Both the position numbers and the translations under genes were made by a program. From a virus (Duplodnaviria; Caudoviricetes): a DNA stretch of 52,979 nt. Where the stretch lies: positions 1-52,979 of IMG/VR virus record IMGVR_UViG_3300028490_000010. The stretch is one strand, 5' to 3'. This document shows positions 19,900 to 29,608 of the stretch, piece by piece (within the stretch, counting starts at the first letter, position 1; every line of letters begins with the position of its first letter). The notes below the pieces were generated by a model that was given only the letters and a program-made list of their open reading frames with translations, searched no databases and was not told the DNA's origin.

Positions 19900-20225
19900 T
19901 ACGCTCTCCTTAACATTTCTAGCGATACTATCTCATTTTCTAATAGCTTTATCTTATTCGACAATGCCATATCGTATGTCGTTGCCCAGTCTCTAGTTGT
20001 ATTCATATCCATAGCGTCAAACACCTTAGCCTCTTTATGCACACCTTCAATAGAATGAAGCACATATGAGGTATTGGTATATGTGATACCTATGGGCCTA
20101 ACCGTCTCAGTTCCAACAACTTTATAAGCAGTAAGATCAGATGTCCTATAATAAACATTACCCTCTTTCATTTCCGGGCCCTTCGTCATAGTTAAATCCA
20201 ACCACTCTCCCAAGGCTAGTCTCAT
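19899..20225 (-). CDS. hypothetical protein
   Basis: ORF track; start uncertain. Confidence 0.55.
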   Translation of the reverse strand: MRLALGEWLDLTMTKGPEMKEGNVYYRTSDLTAYKVVGTETVRPIGITYTNTSYVLHSIEGVHKEAKVFDAMDMNTTRDWATTYDMALSNKIKLLENEIVSLEMLRRA

Positions 20226-20352
20226 TCACCCATACGCCTCTTTCTACCATGCCGGTCAATCTTACAACAGCTTTTTGTGCTTCACTTTCAAGCTCGCAGT
20301 CCATAACTGTCTCTGTACCCTCATCACTTATTGCAAATACTTCAAACGCCAT
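20158..20352 (-). CDS. hypothetical protein
   Basis: 64-aa ORF, AGGAG RBS. Confidence 0.55.
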   Translation of the reverse strand: MAFEVFAISDEGTETVMDCELESEAQKAVVRLTGMVERGVWVNETSLGRVVGFNYDEGPGNERG

Positions 20353-20362
20353 ATAACTCTCC

Positions 20363-20863
20363 TTATATTTTAGCGAACGTCATGGTGCGATCTTTGACTC
20401 CTTCTACAACAAACCCTTTTATGTTTTTCTCATAATATTCAAAAAGGCTATCGTCGCTATATTCCACAGTCAAAAATATGATATTGGTATTTTCCTCTCT
20501 ATTAGAGATCCAGTCCAACATCATCTTACCATACCCATCGCCTCTTTTTTTGTCACATACTAGAAGTTCTTCTATGTACACATCTCCATCATCAAAACTA
20601 TGCACGACGCAGTTGTTTATTGCCTCTACTGCACTCTCGCAATAAGAACAAGCCATATCGAGAAGGTCTTCTTTGAAAGTAAATTCCTTCTCAAACCTGT
20701 ATCGTATGTAACCAATCTTTTCAAAGCTGCTACCTATCTTTCTAAAGAAGGTCGCCTCTTCCGTATCAAACTCAAACTCTCTCGTATCAGCTCCCAAAAC
20801 TGAAACATACACATCGGGAACGTAGTCTATACGCTCAAACTCAAAATTATAATTATCTGGCAC
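20363..20863 (-). CDS. GNAT-family N-acetyltransferase
   Basis: YIEELLV...RGDGYGKMML acetyl-CoA motif A; YYEK..GF motif B. Confidence 0.75.
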   Translation of the reverse strand: MPDNYNFEFERIDYVPDVYVSVLGADTREFEFDTEEATFFRKIGSSFEKIGYIRYRFEKEFTFKEDLLDMACSYCESAVEAINNCVVHSFDDGDVYIEELLVCDKKRGDGYGKMMLDWISNREENTNIIFLTVEYSDDSLFEYYEKNIKGFVVEGVKDRTMTFAKI

Positions 20864-20891
20864 TTTAGTATCCTGTTGTTTTTTAAACTAC

Positions 20892-20920
20892 ATTATACTT
20901 AAAAGTACCGTCAAAGTTAA
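20892..20920 (-). promoter_or_regulatory. putative promoter TTAACT-N17-TATAAT for the GNAT gene
   Basis: Perfect TATAAT preceded by TTTTAAG, in an intergenic gap. Confidence 0.5.
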
Positions 20921-21597
20921 TAGCCAAGAAACTTCTTCACACGTGCTCCGTATTCGCTTTGAATATCAAACAGTACATTCTCGTCAATTCTCCACTTGTC
21001 ATCAACCTTGTTGGCAGGCACAAGCACTTGCCCTCCAGATAAAAGGTCGATCCTAATCTCCATAGAGTCATTACTTGAGGGGAGTGGTGCACAGTCTTTG
21101 TTTCTTTCGGTAACATATCCCGTCAGAGGATCTATGGTTACTCCAATTTGACTCTCTGCCCATGGTCCAACGGAGAATACCTCTCCGTTTAAGTAGTGAT
21201 ACATGTCAGGATAGAAGAAGCCGATTATAGGCCACCAACTAAAACTGTGAGAGAAAGCTGACGCACCTGAATGTTTCTCGAACCCATTCACGTAACCATC
21301 CCCTCCTGCAAACACCACGACCTGTCCACCATCCATTCTATGCTCGCTATCTGTTAGGTTTGAGATATTAGGATAGCACCCTTCTTCTTCCCCATAGTCA
21401 AACCACTCATGATCCATAAACCTGCTTACCTTGTCCCACTTGCTCTCTCTCAGGTATTTTACACCATCCAGAATATGCTTAACGTCCGTCTTATCTACCT
21501 GGAAGGAAACATATGCAATGCTCGTCAGATATTCATCTTCAAAACTAGCCTCTTCAACGATAGTCAATACATCCTTTGTTATGCCGACTACTATCAT
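20917..21597 (-). CDS. hypothetical protein
   Basis: 226-aa ORF, ATGA overlap. Confidence 0.7.
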   Translation of the reverse strand: MIVVGITKDVLTIVEEASFEDEYLTSIAYVSFQVDKTDVKHILDGVKYLRESKWDKVSRFMDHEWFDYGEEEGCYPNISNLTDSEHRMDGGQVVVFAGGDGYVNGFEKHSGASAFSHSFSWWPIIGFFYPDMYHYLNGEVFSVGPWAESQIGVTIDPLTGYVTERNKDCAPLPSSNDSMEIRIDLLSGGQVLVPANKVDDKWRIDENVLFDIQSEYGARVKKFLGY

Positions 21598-22172
21598 GAC
21601 GCAACCAAGTCTACATAGTCTTCATCATTGTCGTATGCTTCTTCAATCTTTTCACACACGGCTTCTACTGCATCCATATCTTCGGTCTCGTCAACCTTAT
21701 AGAACACATATGCTTTCAGTTCTGCAACGAAGCCTTCCATGTCTATAGCCACATCAGTATCAACACCAACACGACTCTCGTTTACGTAGTCAACGTACAT
21801 AGACAAGTCAACAGAAATACCACTTGACGCCTCAGAGAATGCAACTATCACAGGCCAAGGAACTTTAATCTCTGTCCTTACCGACTGTAAAGCTTCTTCT
21901 GATATCTCATGTATCATCGCTGACCACGCTATCCATACTAAGTCGTTCAGAGATGGGCACTTATCCATTTCGCCAAAGTTATCCTTGACCACTTGCATAA
22001 GCTCACTATGATACTTTGCACCGATTTCTTCTGTCTCTGCATACATAATCAATCCGGACACGCTACCTGACTCAGGAATTGCATCGTTATCAATATAGTA
22101 TTTTGCCTCTTCTTTGCTCATACCTTCAATGTTGTCTTCCAGTATGTCTAAAAATGTTTGTCTTAAGCTCAT
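21594..22172 (-). CDS. acidic protein, candidate Ocr-like DNA mimic
   Basis: GSVSGLIMYAET...NDLVWIAW pattern, very D/E rich. Confidence 0.5.
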   Translation of the reverse strand: MSLRQTFLDILEDNIEGMSKEEAKYYIDNDAIPESGSVSGLIMYAETEEIGAKYHSELMQVVKDNFGEMDKCPSLNDLVWIAWSAMIHEISEEALQSVRTEIKVPWPVIVAFSEASSGISVDLSMYVDYVNESRVGVDTDVAIDMEGFVAELKAYVFYKVDETEDMDAVEAVCEKIEEAYDNDEDYVDLVAS

Positions 22173-22193
22173 GCTTCTCTCCTGTATTTTATT

Positions 22194-22538
22194 TTACTCA
22201 AACTCACTATTGAAATCTTTAGCATCACCCAGGTAATCAACATAGATATCAACATCTTTGAAGTTGTCTGGTGTTCCCCAAGGTACTTCAGTTACAATGT
22301 AATCCATTCTGTTTACCATATGCCATCCGTTGCAAATACACATATCTCCATTGTCATCAGTCATTAAAGTCCAGACATGTAGAAATCTATTATCTTTATC
22401 CAGCTTGTCTAGTTCTGCGTACAGGTCTTTCTCGTCTTTACCTGCCCAATGGAAGTGTCTCTCTTGCTCTGTATCCTCGTCAATGATAGGTATGTATTTC
22501 TTTTCCCATTCATAAATATCAAGTTCTTCTAAATTCAT
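22194..22538 (-). CDS. phage hypothetical protein
   Basis: HVWT...GWHMVNRMDYIVTEVPW motif. Confidence 0.65.
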   Translation of the reverse strand: MNLEELDIYEWEKKYIPIIDEDTEQERHFHWAGKDEKDLYAELDKLDKDNRFLHVWTLMTDDNGDMCICNGWHMVNRMDYIVTEVPWGTPDNFKDVDIYVDYLGDAKDFNSEFE

Positions 22539-22972
22539 TTTTTGTCCTTAAATTTTCCAGGGTTATTTCTTTTCATTGCGTCCATGCTGTTCTTGGCACC
22601 TTCGCTATCAATCAATCCCTTTAATGTGTATCCCTGCTCTTGATGTATCCCTGAGAAAACCCTCTGGAAGAGAGGCTTGCCATCCTTGTCTATGACCCCA
22701 TGGATGTCACCCAGATTGAAAACCTTTGAGTTCTCATTGTCCCCAAAAGCTATTTTAATATAAATGCCGTATGCACCACTCATGGAGGCTTGCTCTAGCG
22801 ACCATCCATTAAGAGCAAGCATCATCATCTTCTGGCTTGCTATTTCTGTATCTAGTGGGAATTCCCAATCATCTGCTGTTGGGACAACGATACTGAACGG
22901 AGTCTGATCTGAAATTAACACAGTAAGCAGCTCTTTCAAAGCCTCTTCCATAATAATCCTGTATTTATTCAT
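22535..22972 (-). CDS. hypothetical protein, possibly SspB-like and host-derived
   Basis: Start moved to MNKY; IKIAFG...NLGDIHGV; ends SMDAMKRNNP. Confidence 0.5.
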   Translation of the reverse strand: MNKYRIIMEEALKELLTVLISDQTPFSIVVPTADDWEFPLDTEIASQKMMMLALNGWSLEQASMSGAYGIYIKIAFGDNENSKVFNLGDIHGVIDKDGKPLFQRVFSGIHQEQGYTLKGLIDSEGAKNSMDAMKRNNPGKFKDKK

Positions 22973-23438
22973 CTCTGTACACCTTTTCAACACCATCAGG
23001 ATAGATATCAAACTCTTCGTTTGCAATACTAATCTCTCCTTTTTCATTCAAGATCATACCAACGGCACGTTCACAATATGGTGCGTCAATAGCGTAAGTA
23101 AATTCTTCATCTCCATTAGCAACAGAGAAGTAAGTCTTCTTCTTTCGGTCTCTGCGAACCTTTTTAACAAACACATACTGATCTACCATAGACCCAAGCA
23201 GTATTGCATCTGCCTCTACATATTCATCTCCCTGAAGGAGGTGTGCAAGAGACATAAAATCAGACTCTGCATCATCATCCAAGTAGTCTATTTCCATCGG
23301 ACCACCAAGACCACGCTCTGTAAATGTAGCCACCTTTCTAGCACCTCTATATAAATTTCCTGAAAAGAAATGCCCTCTATCGTGTTCTTCCGCCTTCACT
23401 GCTTTCACAGTCCAATCTTCTACGTCTAACTTTCTCAT
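22965..23438 (-). CDS. hypothetical protein
   Basis: 157-aa ORF, AGGAG RBS. Confidence 0.65.
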   Translation of the reverse strand: MRKLDVEDWTVKAVKAEEHDRGHFFSGNLYRGARKVATFTERGLGGPMEIDYLDDDAESDFMSLAHLLQGDEYVEADAILLGSMVDQYVFVKKVRRDRKKKTYFSVANGDEEFTYAIDAPYCERAVGMILNEKGEISIANEEFDIYPDGVEKVYRDE

Positions 23439-23446
23439 ACACTCTC

Positions 23447-23665
23447 CTATTTATTGTTTTCTAAAATTGCCCAGTGAGCACCGATATTCACCACCTCTTG
23501 TTTTCCGTTTTTCCAATACACCATAACCATCATGGATGCATCTATCCCCAAGTCGTGCAGTGCTTTTGACACACCTAGTGGTATAGCAGAGTCCATCTCT
23601 TTAATGCGACTATCCATGTCTTTTACTGCTGACATATAATCGCCCTTGCTTCTTAATGGAGTCAT
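23447..23665 (-). CDS. hypothetical protein
   Basis: 72-aa ORF. Confidence 0.55.
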   Translation of the reverse strand: MTPLRSKGDYMSAVKDMDSRIKEMDSAIPLGVSKALHDLGIDASMMVMVYWKNGKQEVVNIGAHWAILENNK

Positions 23666-23666
23666 A

Positions 23667-24242
23667 CTACACCTCCATCAAAGGAAGAGCATGCCCTTCA
23701 GAAGAAGAGATGATAATGACTTCCTTGTAGAAGCTTTTCGTCTTTCCTACGAATGGTTTATCCAGAGACGGAGCGTATGCCACGATCTCATCCTTGAACC
23801 AACCATTGTCTCTTTTACACATACATACAAGGTCAAGATTATAGCCATCGGCAAGTAGCATACCTATTTGATACCAATCATACTCGCCTACAACCTTCCA
23901 TTGTTTGCCCTCATCAAAAATATCTCTATGACCATTAGTGGAACATAATGTCCCCTTGTGGTTTATCCACACGAAGTCACCTCTATCACTCTTTAATTTG
24001 CACCCTTGGCTTAAAGCCATAAATACATACTTGTCCGTAACAAGATCATCTTCTAGGTAAATCTTCACAGGACTAACAGTACAGGTAGACCCTGCTTTAA
24101 TCGCTGCCTCTGCAAGGTTCTTTATCAGTGGTCGATAAGCAGCAGGTATTCTTCCGTCACCTGTTCCGCTCTCGACAAAGTTAATCACATCCATAACCTC
24201 TGCTCCGTATTTCGTTAGCGTTCTAGCGTCTATTTGTGTCAT
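23667..24242 (-). CDS. hypothetical protein
   Basis: 191-aa ORF, AAGGAG RBS. Confidence 0.65.
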   Translation of the reverse strand: MTQIDARTLTKYGAEVMDVINFVESGTGDGRIPAAYRPLIKNLAEAAIKAGSTCTVSPVKIYLEDDLVTDKYVFMALSQGCKLKSDRGDFVWINHKGTLCSTNGHRDIFDEGKQWKVVGEYDWYQIGMLLADGYNLDLVCMCKRDNGWFKDEIVAYAPSLDKPFVGKTKSFYKEVIIISSSEGHALPLMEV

Positions 24243-24311
24243 CGTTTTTGTTCTCCTTTTTCATAAAAATTAGGGATATACCCAAGCCGATCAGAATATA
24301 TGCGAGCCATT

Positions 24312-25283
24312 TCATTCTACTTTTCCCCTTCCGTATAGCTTCCATCTTGTTGCAAACGGATTTGCACTACACAGAACGTACACAATTCTTTCATATTCAT
24401 GTTTAAATTTATCATATGCTTTTCTAGGGTCTTCCCATATTCCGTACATGCCTGTTTCGTGACATGACTGTTCAATATCTTCGCACCCATACTCTTCATA
24501 ATCTATCCAGCTTACACCGAGCCTTACAGAGTCAATAGAGACTTGTCTTTCTATAGAAACATATTCTATATATGCTTCTTCATTTCCTTCGATGGCTGCT
24601 ATCTCGCACTCACTTATCCAAAAATAGCTAAGCTCGCCTTGCTCATCCCCATCGCTCCTGAATATCTCATGTGTCTCATGATCCATTATCCATTGGTCAT
24701 GCCACTCCATCTCGTATCCGTTTTCCTCAATGATATCGTATATTGATCCGGCAAGAGAATTCCAGTCTCCTGTAATTATCATATTGCTGTCTTTATCTTT
24801 GAAATACCCTCTCTCTCCATATTCCGTTGCAAAATCACACACAATACCATCATCATTCAGAAGCCTTACAAACTCATCAACGTAATCATTAATTGATAGT
24901 GTTGAGCCCTTAGTGTATTTCAGGAACATCTCGTAATCAGGGTCGTTGTCTTCATCTACATGCTCATTTATGAAACTGTCAATATATGACATGTCAATCC
25001 TCATAAACTCCATACATTGAGTAATAAGACTCAATGAGTCAGAGATTTGTCTACTCTCGTATGATGGAACATCAATATTGGACATGTCAAGGTCAAAAGG
25101 AATTTCTTTTGTCATCTTTTCCTCATCACTCCATCCATACGTCTTCGCTAGAACACCGCTCTTTACCTTACTCATACTTATAGCAAGATCATCCATGCCT
25201 CGGAATATATCCAGGACATTGTCCTCGGTAAGAGGACTCTCTTTTAGTTTTTCAGTGTTTTTCATATCGTCTCCTTTTACCAA
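24312..25283 (-). CDS. highly acidic hypothetical protein
   Basis: 323-aa ORF; YGERGY...TGDWN...EWHDQW. Confidence 0.7.
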   Translation of the reverse strand: MVKGDDMKNTEKLKESPLTEDNVLDIFRGMDDLAISMSKVKSGVLAKTYGWSDEEKMTKEIPFDLDMSNIDVPSYESRQISDSLSLITQCMEFMRIDMSYIDSFINEHVDEDNDPDYEMFLKYTKGSTLSINDYVDEFVRLLNDDGIVCDFATEYGERGYFKDKDSNMIITGDWNSLAGSIYDIIEENGYEMEWHDQWIMDHETHEIFRSDGDEQGELSYFWISECEIAAIEGNEEAYIEYVSIERQVSIDSVRLGVSWIDYEEYGCEDIEQSCHETGMYGIWEDPRKAYDKFKHEYERIVYVLCSANPFATRWKLYGRGKVE

Positions 25284-25570
25284 TCAAATACTGGAAAATC
25301 AGGGAAGGTTTCTCCGTCCATATCTACCATAAGGTACGTTACCTTTAGTGTGAAAAATGCATACTCAAATAGTCTTGCTGCATATGTACTCACCCCTGCC
25401 TCCTTAAGCTCGGAAAGCATTTCTTTTTTATCTGAGCACCCATAAAACATCCATCCACCATCATATTTAGTGAACATAGGTATACCATCTAAAGCCTTGC
25501 TTTCCTCAAACAAAGTGTTGTCACTTAGTGTTACGTGTGCCGTAGACACCATGAGTATCGTCTCTATCAT
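25277..25570 (-). CDS. DUF5983-like protein
   Basis: VSTAHVT...YDGGW...YLMVDMDG...PVFDW. Confidence 0.55.
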   Translation of the reverse strand: MIETILMVSTAHVTLSDNTLFEESKALDGIPMFTKYDGGWMFYGCSDKKEMLSELKEAGVSTYAARLFEYAFFTLKVTYLMVDMDGETFPDFPVFDW

Positions 25571-25797
25571 CGCACTTCCTTAACAATCTCTTGCTCTGCG
25601 AGATAGTCTCTTATTTTATAGGACTCTCCGTTTCTTGCAAAATTACAAACGTCCATAACGATATCCATTACCTCACCATCTGAATATTCTTCAGGCTCCG
25701 TATGCAAACATAGCGATATTACCAAGTTCGCCAAATTCACTTCACATGTTACTCTCTCGTATGCACACAGTGCCTCTTCTGGTTGTCTAGCTTCCAT
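25567..25797 (-). CDS. hypothetical protein
   Basis: 76-aa ORF. Confidence 0.55.
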   Translation of the reverse strand: MEARQPEEALCAYERVTCEVNLANLVISLCLHTEPEEYSDGEVMDIVMDVCNFARNGESYKIRDYLAEQEIVKEVR

Positions 25798-26144
25798 TAT
25801 AAATCCTCCTTACAGTATCCATAAAATATACATATCGACCCATCATCCTCGTGCCAATCAATGTGATAATTATCGTCACCCATAGCATCCCCAAGTTGGG
25901 CACTTGCTTTTTCAATCACTTCTGCTACAGCAGCGTCGATCATCTCTTGGTCGTTATCAGAAACAAGCTCTCCCATCATCTCTAAAAAGTGCATAGACAC
26001 ATGACTTCCTCTGTGCCCATCAACCAATGTTGACAGTACGGCACAGCCATGGAGATCAATATAGTCCTGTTGCACAGATTTCTCTTCCTCAAGAGTGTTC
26101 AAAAATAGAACTTCATGTATCTGCATCATCCGAACTCCGTCCAT
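25797..26144 (-). CDS. acidic hypothetical protein
   Basis: ORF track. Confidence 0.6.
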   Translation of the reverse strand: MDGVRMMQIHEVLFLNTLEEEKSVQQDYIDLHGCAVLSTLVDGHRGSHVSMHFLEMMGELVSDNDQEMIDAAVAEVIEKASAQLGDAMGDDNYHIDWHEDDGSICIFYGYCKEDL

Positions 26145-26509
26145 ACTTCAAGACCTGCTCCTAATTTAGATAGCTTCTCTGACAGTTCAAAGTTTGATCC
26201 CCATAAAACCTGCCCTGCGTTTTCAGAAGGAGCATCTGATGCAATCTCAAAAGGGAAGATGTTAACTCCTGTCGCTTTATAAAAAGCAGTTCGGAACGAC
26301 TCAATTAGGTCCCCCAGAGTAATCCACGCTTCCTCTGTAATCTCACAATAGGTATCCGAGTTGTCAGCCCAGTACCGCTGCATATCGCTATCCTCGATCT
26401 CTTTCTCTCTCATGAATTCCTGGAGGGCAGCATATTCGCTACCTCCAAATTCAATAACTGAACTGTCTGGGATAGTAACCTCATACATAGGGTATTCTCG
26501 CATACTCAT
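26126..26509 (-). CDS. acidic hypothetical protein
   Basis: 127-aa ORF. Confidence 0.65.
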   Translation of the reverse strand: MSMREYPMYEVTIPDSSVIEFGGSEYAALQEFMREKEIEDSDMQRYWADNSDTYCEITEEAWITLGDLIESFRTAFYKATGVNIFPFEIASDAPSENAGQVLWGSNFELSEKLSKLGAGLEVWTEFG

Positions 26510-27468
26510 TACAGCTCCTTGTCAACTCTATAAACAGCAACGAGATACTCGCTACCATCATCTGTGATTAGGTTGTCCCCTATATTAACGAGCACGTCTT
26601 TCTTCCCTTCCACTGACACCAGTTTCCCATTAAAGTAAGATGCATTATGTAGAGCCATTAGAGACGCACTCTTTGCCTGCTTTGGCTCTTTAATCCAAAT
26701 CTTAAGTAGTGGGTTCGTATTACGCATGGTCGCACCATCACTAAACCCGATGACTTTACATGTGCGGTCAAACAGGACTGTTCTTCTTATCGGCTTACTT
26801 GCATCAACAAGATGTTCTCCTGGGTTTGTAGTAACGTAATCCATTGCCTCAATAAGATTGAATACCTTGATGCCGCTTGCTGACTTAATGCCTTCCGTTA
26901 CATGAATATTCAGATCTAGCCATTCTACTCGTGTTTCTTTTCTAGTGTCAACACCCTGATACACCTGCACCGAGAACATGTCTCTCTGTCTTGCCGGTGT
27001 CACCACAACCGTGTACTCCTTGTGCTCTTGAGGCATCTCTACTCTTGTTGCAATAGATGATACGACACAACCTATATCAAGGTCCAAAATACCCCTTAAC
27101 GCTTCTACTTTTAATGCTTCTACCGACTTCTTTTCTACTGCAAATTTCTTCATACCTAACATACATTCCTCCTGGAATTCTTCTCTTGTTGGAACAGAAA
27201 ATACAAACACCAACTCATCTGTTGGCACTGCAAATCCGTCATCTCCTGCTGGGTCAAGTTGATACACGACTGCTCTGAAAGGTTCACCTTCAGCATCATG
27301 AAAAATATTGACATCGTATCCGTTTGGTGTTTCAAAATACGGGTTTGTTATGCCCCACCACCAATCACCATCTCTTTCCCACTCTTCTCTATATTGCTCT
27401 ATCTCACCCATTATGATTTTGGATGTTAGAGACTCAAGCTCCTTTGCCATTGCTGACCTCCTTGCCAT
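26509..27468 (-). CDS. multi-module hypothetical protein
   Basis: 319-aa ORF. Confidence 0.7.
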   Translation of the reverse strand: MARRSAMAKELESLTSKIIMGEIEQYREEWERDGDWWWGITNPYFETPNGYDVNIFHDAEGEPFRAVVYQLDPAGDDGFAVPTDELVFVFSVPTREEFQEECMLGMKKFAVEKKSVEALKVEALRGILDLDIGCVVSSIATRVEMPQEHKEYTVVVTPARQRDMFSVQVYQGVDTRKETRVEWLDLNIHVTEGIKSASGIKVFNLIEAMDYVTTNPGEHLVDASKPIRRTVLFDRTCKVIGFSDGATMRNTNPLLKIWIKEPKQAKSASLMALHNASYFNGKLVSVEGKKDVLVNIGDNLITDDGSEYLVAVYRVDKEL

Positions 27469-27640
27469 ATACTTCTATAGGCACAAAGTTGTTGTGTCTA
27501 TGTCTCACGCATAGTGTTGACTCAACATACGAGAGCTTGCGTGTGTCAGACTTTTTGACTAGCAACTCCAAGTGTCTCTTGTTTCTAAGACAGTCACCTT
27601 TTTTACCGCATCTGTATCCGTTACAATATGTAAAAGCCAT
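27434..27640 (-). CDS. small Cys-rich basic protein
   Basis: YCNGYRCGKKGDCLR...C. Confidence 0.55.
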   Translation of the reverse strand: MAFTYCNGYRCGKKGDCLRNKRHLELLVKKSDTRKLSYVESTLCVRHRHNNFVPIEVYGKEVSNGKGA

Positions 27641-27643
27641 TCT

Positions 27644-28006
27644 TTACCTCCAAATTTTTTTATACCATGGTAGTCTATAGTATCTCTCAAGCAAATCTAT
27701 TTTTGCTCTATTTTCTTCATCCATCCGCTTATACCAAGCAATCAACTCTTCTTTTCTGACCATCTCCAAATTTTGAACATAAGGAAGATAAACCTTTGCC
27801 TTAATTAAAAACCCTCGTCCAGCTCTCTTGCTACTGATATCAACAAGTTTCGCCAGCCTATTGGACATCAGCCCTCTCATATGGTCAGCGAAGTCAAGCT
27901 CATTATCTTTTTCGGGGTCGCAGTAGGCTTCCTCTTGCATAGTTAAAATATCGTAAGCAATTCTCTTAACCTCTTCGTCCCCTGTCTTTTCATATACTTC
28001 CATCAT
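27644..28006 (-). CDS. hypothetical protein
   Basis: 120-aa ORF ending LPWYKKIWR. Confidence 0.6.
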   Translation of the reverse strand: MMEVYEKTGDEEVKRIAYDILTMQEEAYCDPEKDNELDFADHMRGLMSNRLAKLVDISSKRAGRGFLIKAKVYLPYVQNLEMVRKEELIAWYKRMDEENRAKIDLLERYYRLPWYKKIWR

Positions 28007-28341
28007 GACTTGTCACTATATTCAGACAGAATAGTTAAGCATGCCTCGCTCATTTTGTCCCACATCTCTTCTGCTTTTTCTATCCCCATATTAGAGATTA
28101 CCACATCCATTTCTGAGCGTAGAGAGCTATTGAAATTCATTGCCTTATACTCGGTATTGGTAACACCTCCATCTTGATCCATGTAGTGCTTCTCAAGTTC
28201 TCGACCAAGCACAGCTTTTGCAAACTGCTCCTTGTCCCTTATTGCTACATAGTATGGTTTGAACATCCACGATGCAGGTGTTGCATCATATAAGTCTTCA
28301 CTTGACTTTATAGCATAAGGCTTACCCATTTCGTGCCTCAT
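28003..28341 (-). CDS. hypothetical protein
   Basis: 112-aa ORF. Confidence 0.6.
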   Translation of the reverse strand: MRHEMGKPYAIKSSEDLYDATPASWMFKPYYVAIRDKEQFAKAVLGRELEKHYMDQDGGVTNTEYKAMNFNSSLRSEMDVVISNMGIEKAEEMWDKMSEACLTILSEYSDKS

Positions 28342-28990
28342 CCACTACAGATACATACTCTTTTGAAAGCAACTTGTACAGATCGTCATCAAAATGGTCT
28401 GAAATTCCAATCTCTGCAACATTACTTTGCATAAACACATTGTCTTCTTCACCGCCCCAAATCTTCAAGTATGTACCCTCTTTATACCCGTTGGCTTGTC
28501 GGAATTCATTTAGTACATTCTTGGCGAAGTACATCTTGAACATATCATCTCTTGACATACCAAGAAGCCACATGTATCTTGCAATATCAATTATAATTCC
28601 ACTAGCATCAGAAGAGGCTCTTGGGATATCAAACGACATAAGGATGATGTTATCAATAACCTTTTGGATTTCATCTGCGAGTTTCTCTTCTGGGATATTT
28701 CTCTGCTTAGAGAATACTGCTTCAACTTCTGCATCAAGCCACTTCCACCCAGAATACCCGTCAGCAAGAGCTACAGATAAACCAAAGTGCATCATGTCAA
28801 CACCTTCCACAATTAAGTTATTCACATCCATTTCTCTAACCTTCCACCATGGCCAAGGAGTAGAGTCCATTGCCTCTGCTGCTTCAAGTCTAAGTGCTCT
28901 TCTGAAATTTAAACCTTTAGTTATCCACCCTTTAATTGTACGTTCATTTAAGCTGTCTTGTCTCTGTCCCATTTTAAGTAAGTAGTTCAT
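28322..28990 (-). CDS. dut: dimeric all-alpha dUTPase (Campylobacter-type)
   Basis: EAAEAMDSTPWPWWK, VEGVDMMHF, KNVLNEFRQANGYKEGTYLKIWGGEEDN. Confidence 0.9.
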   Translation of the reverse strand: MNYLLKMGQRQDSLNERTIKGWITKGLNFRRALRLEAAEAMDSTPWPWWKVREMDVNNLIVEGVDMMHFGLSVALADGYSGWKWLDAEVEAVFSKQRNIPEEKLADEIQKVIDNIILMSFDIPRASSDASGIIIDIARYMWLLGMSRDDMFKMYFAKNVLNEFRQANGYKEGTYLKIWGGEEDNVFMQSNVAEIGISDHFDDDLYKLLSKEYVSVVDEARNG

Positions 28991-29001
28991 ATTTTGTTCC
29001 T

Positions 29002-29331
29002 TTATTTTAAATCATATATAGCAGAAGAGTCACAATGCTCTTCATCTTCTTTTCCGTCTACCCACGACACGTCCGTATCGTATCCCTTATAGATGCCACC
29101 ATCACAAGGAACGCTGTCGTTTATTCTTATGGCAACATAATATTCTTCCTCCTCATAATCTACTGTCCCTGGTTCTCCGCCAAAATAGTCTGTTACGACA
29201 ACGGCAAGATCACCAAGGAAGCGTTTATACGTTTCTCTATCGTCAATTTGTTCGCCTGTAATGGCCGCCTTTATAATGCTTAGTAGCTCCTCATCCGTTA
29301 GTATTTTTGACATGCTCAATCTCCAATTCAT
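29002..29331 (-). CDS. acidic hypothetical protein
   Basis: ORF track; DYFGG...DGGIYKGYDTDV. Confidence 0.65.
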   Translation of the reverse strand: MNWRLSMSKILTDEELLSIIKAAITGEQIDDRETYKRFLGDLAVVVTDYFGGEPGTVDYEEEEYYVAIRINDSVPCDGGIYKGYDTDVSWVDGKEDEEHCDSSAIYDLK

Positions 29332-29608
29332 AGATCTTCACCATCTCATCTTTTGCGTCACGTAGAGAGTCCATTAAATCTCTCAATCCATTTCTGGCAT
29401 TGCCTAGCTCATTTCTGATAAGCCTAGTCTCTTTGTATACTCCCTTCACTGTTGGCGTTTGATACACAAGCATTCCCTCAATGGCACCATATGCTGTCTG
29501 GGCAGGGTGCATCTCGTTTATTGCTGCTTGCATAAAACCTTCCACTTTAGCGAAAGAGCAAACCACTTTCGTGATCTCGTCTCTAATTATCTTCTCGGTT
29601 GCGTCCAT
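29291..29608 (-). CDS. hypothetical protein
   Basis: 105-aa ORF. Confidence 0.6.
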   Translation of the reverse strand: MDATEKIIRDEITKVVCSFAKVEGFMQAAINEMHPAQTAYGAIEGMLVYQTPTVKGVYKETRLIRNELGNARNGLRDLMDSLRDAKDEMVKIYELEIEHVKNTNG

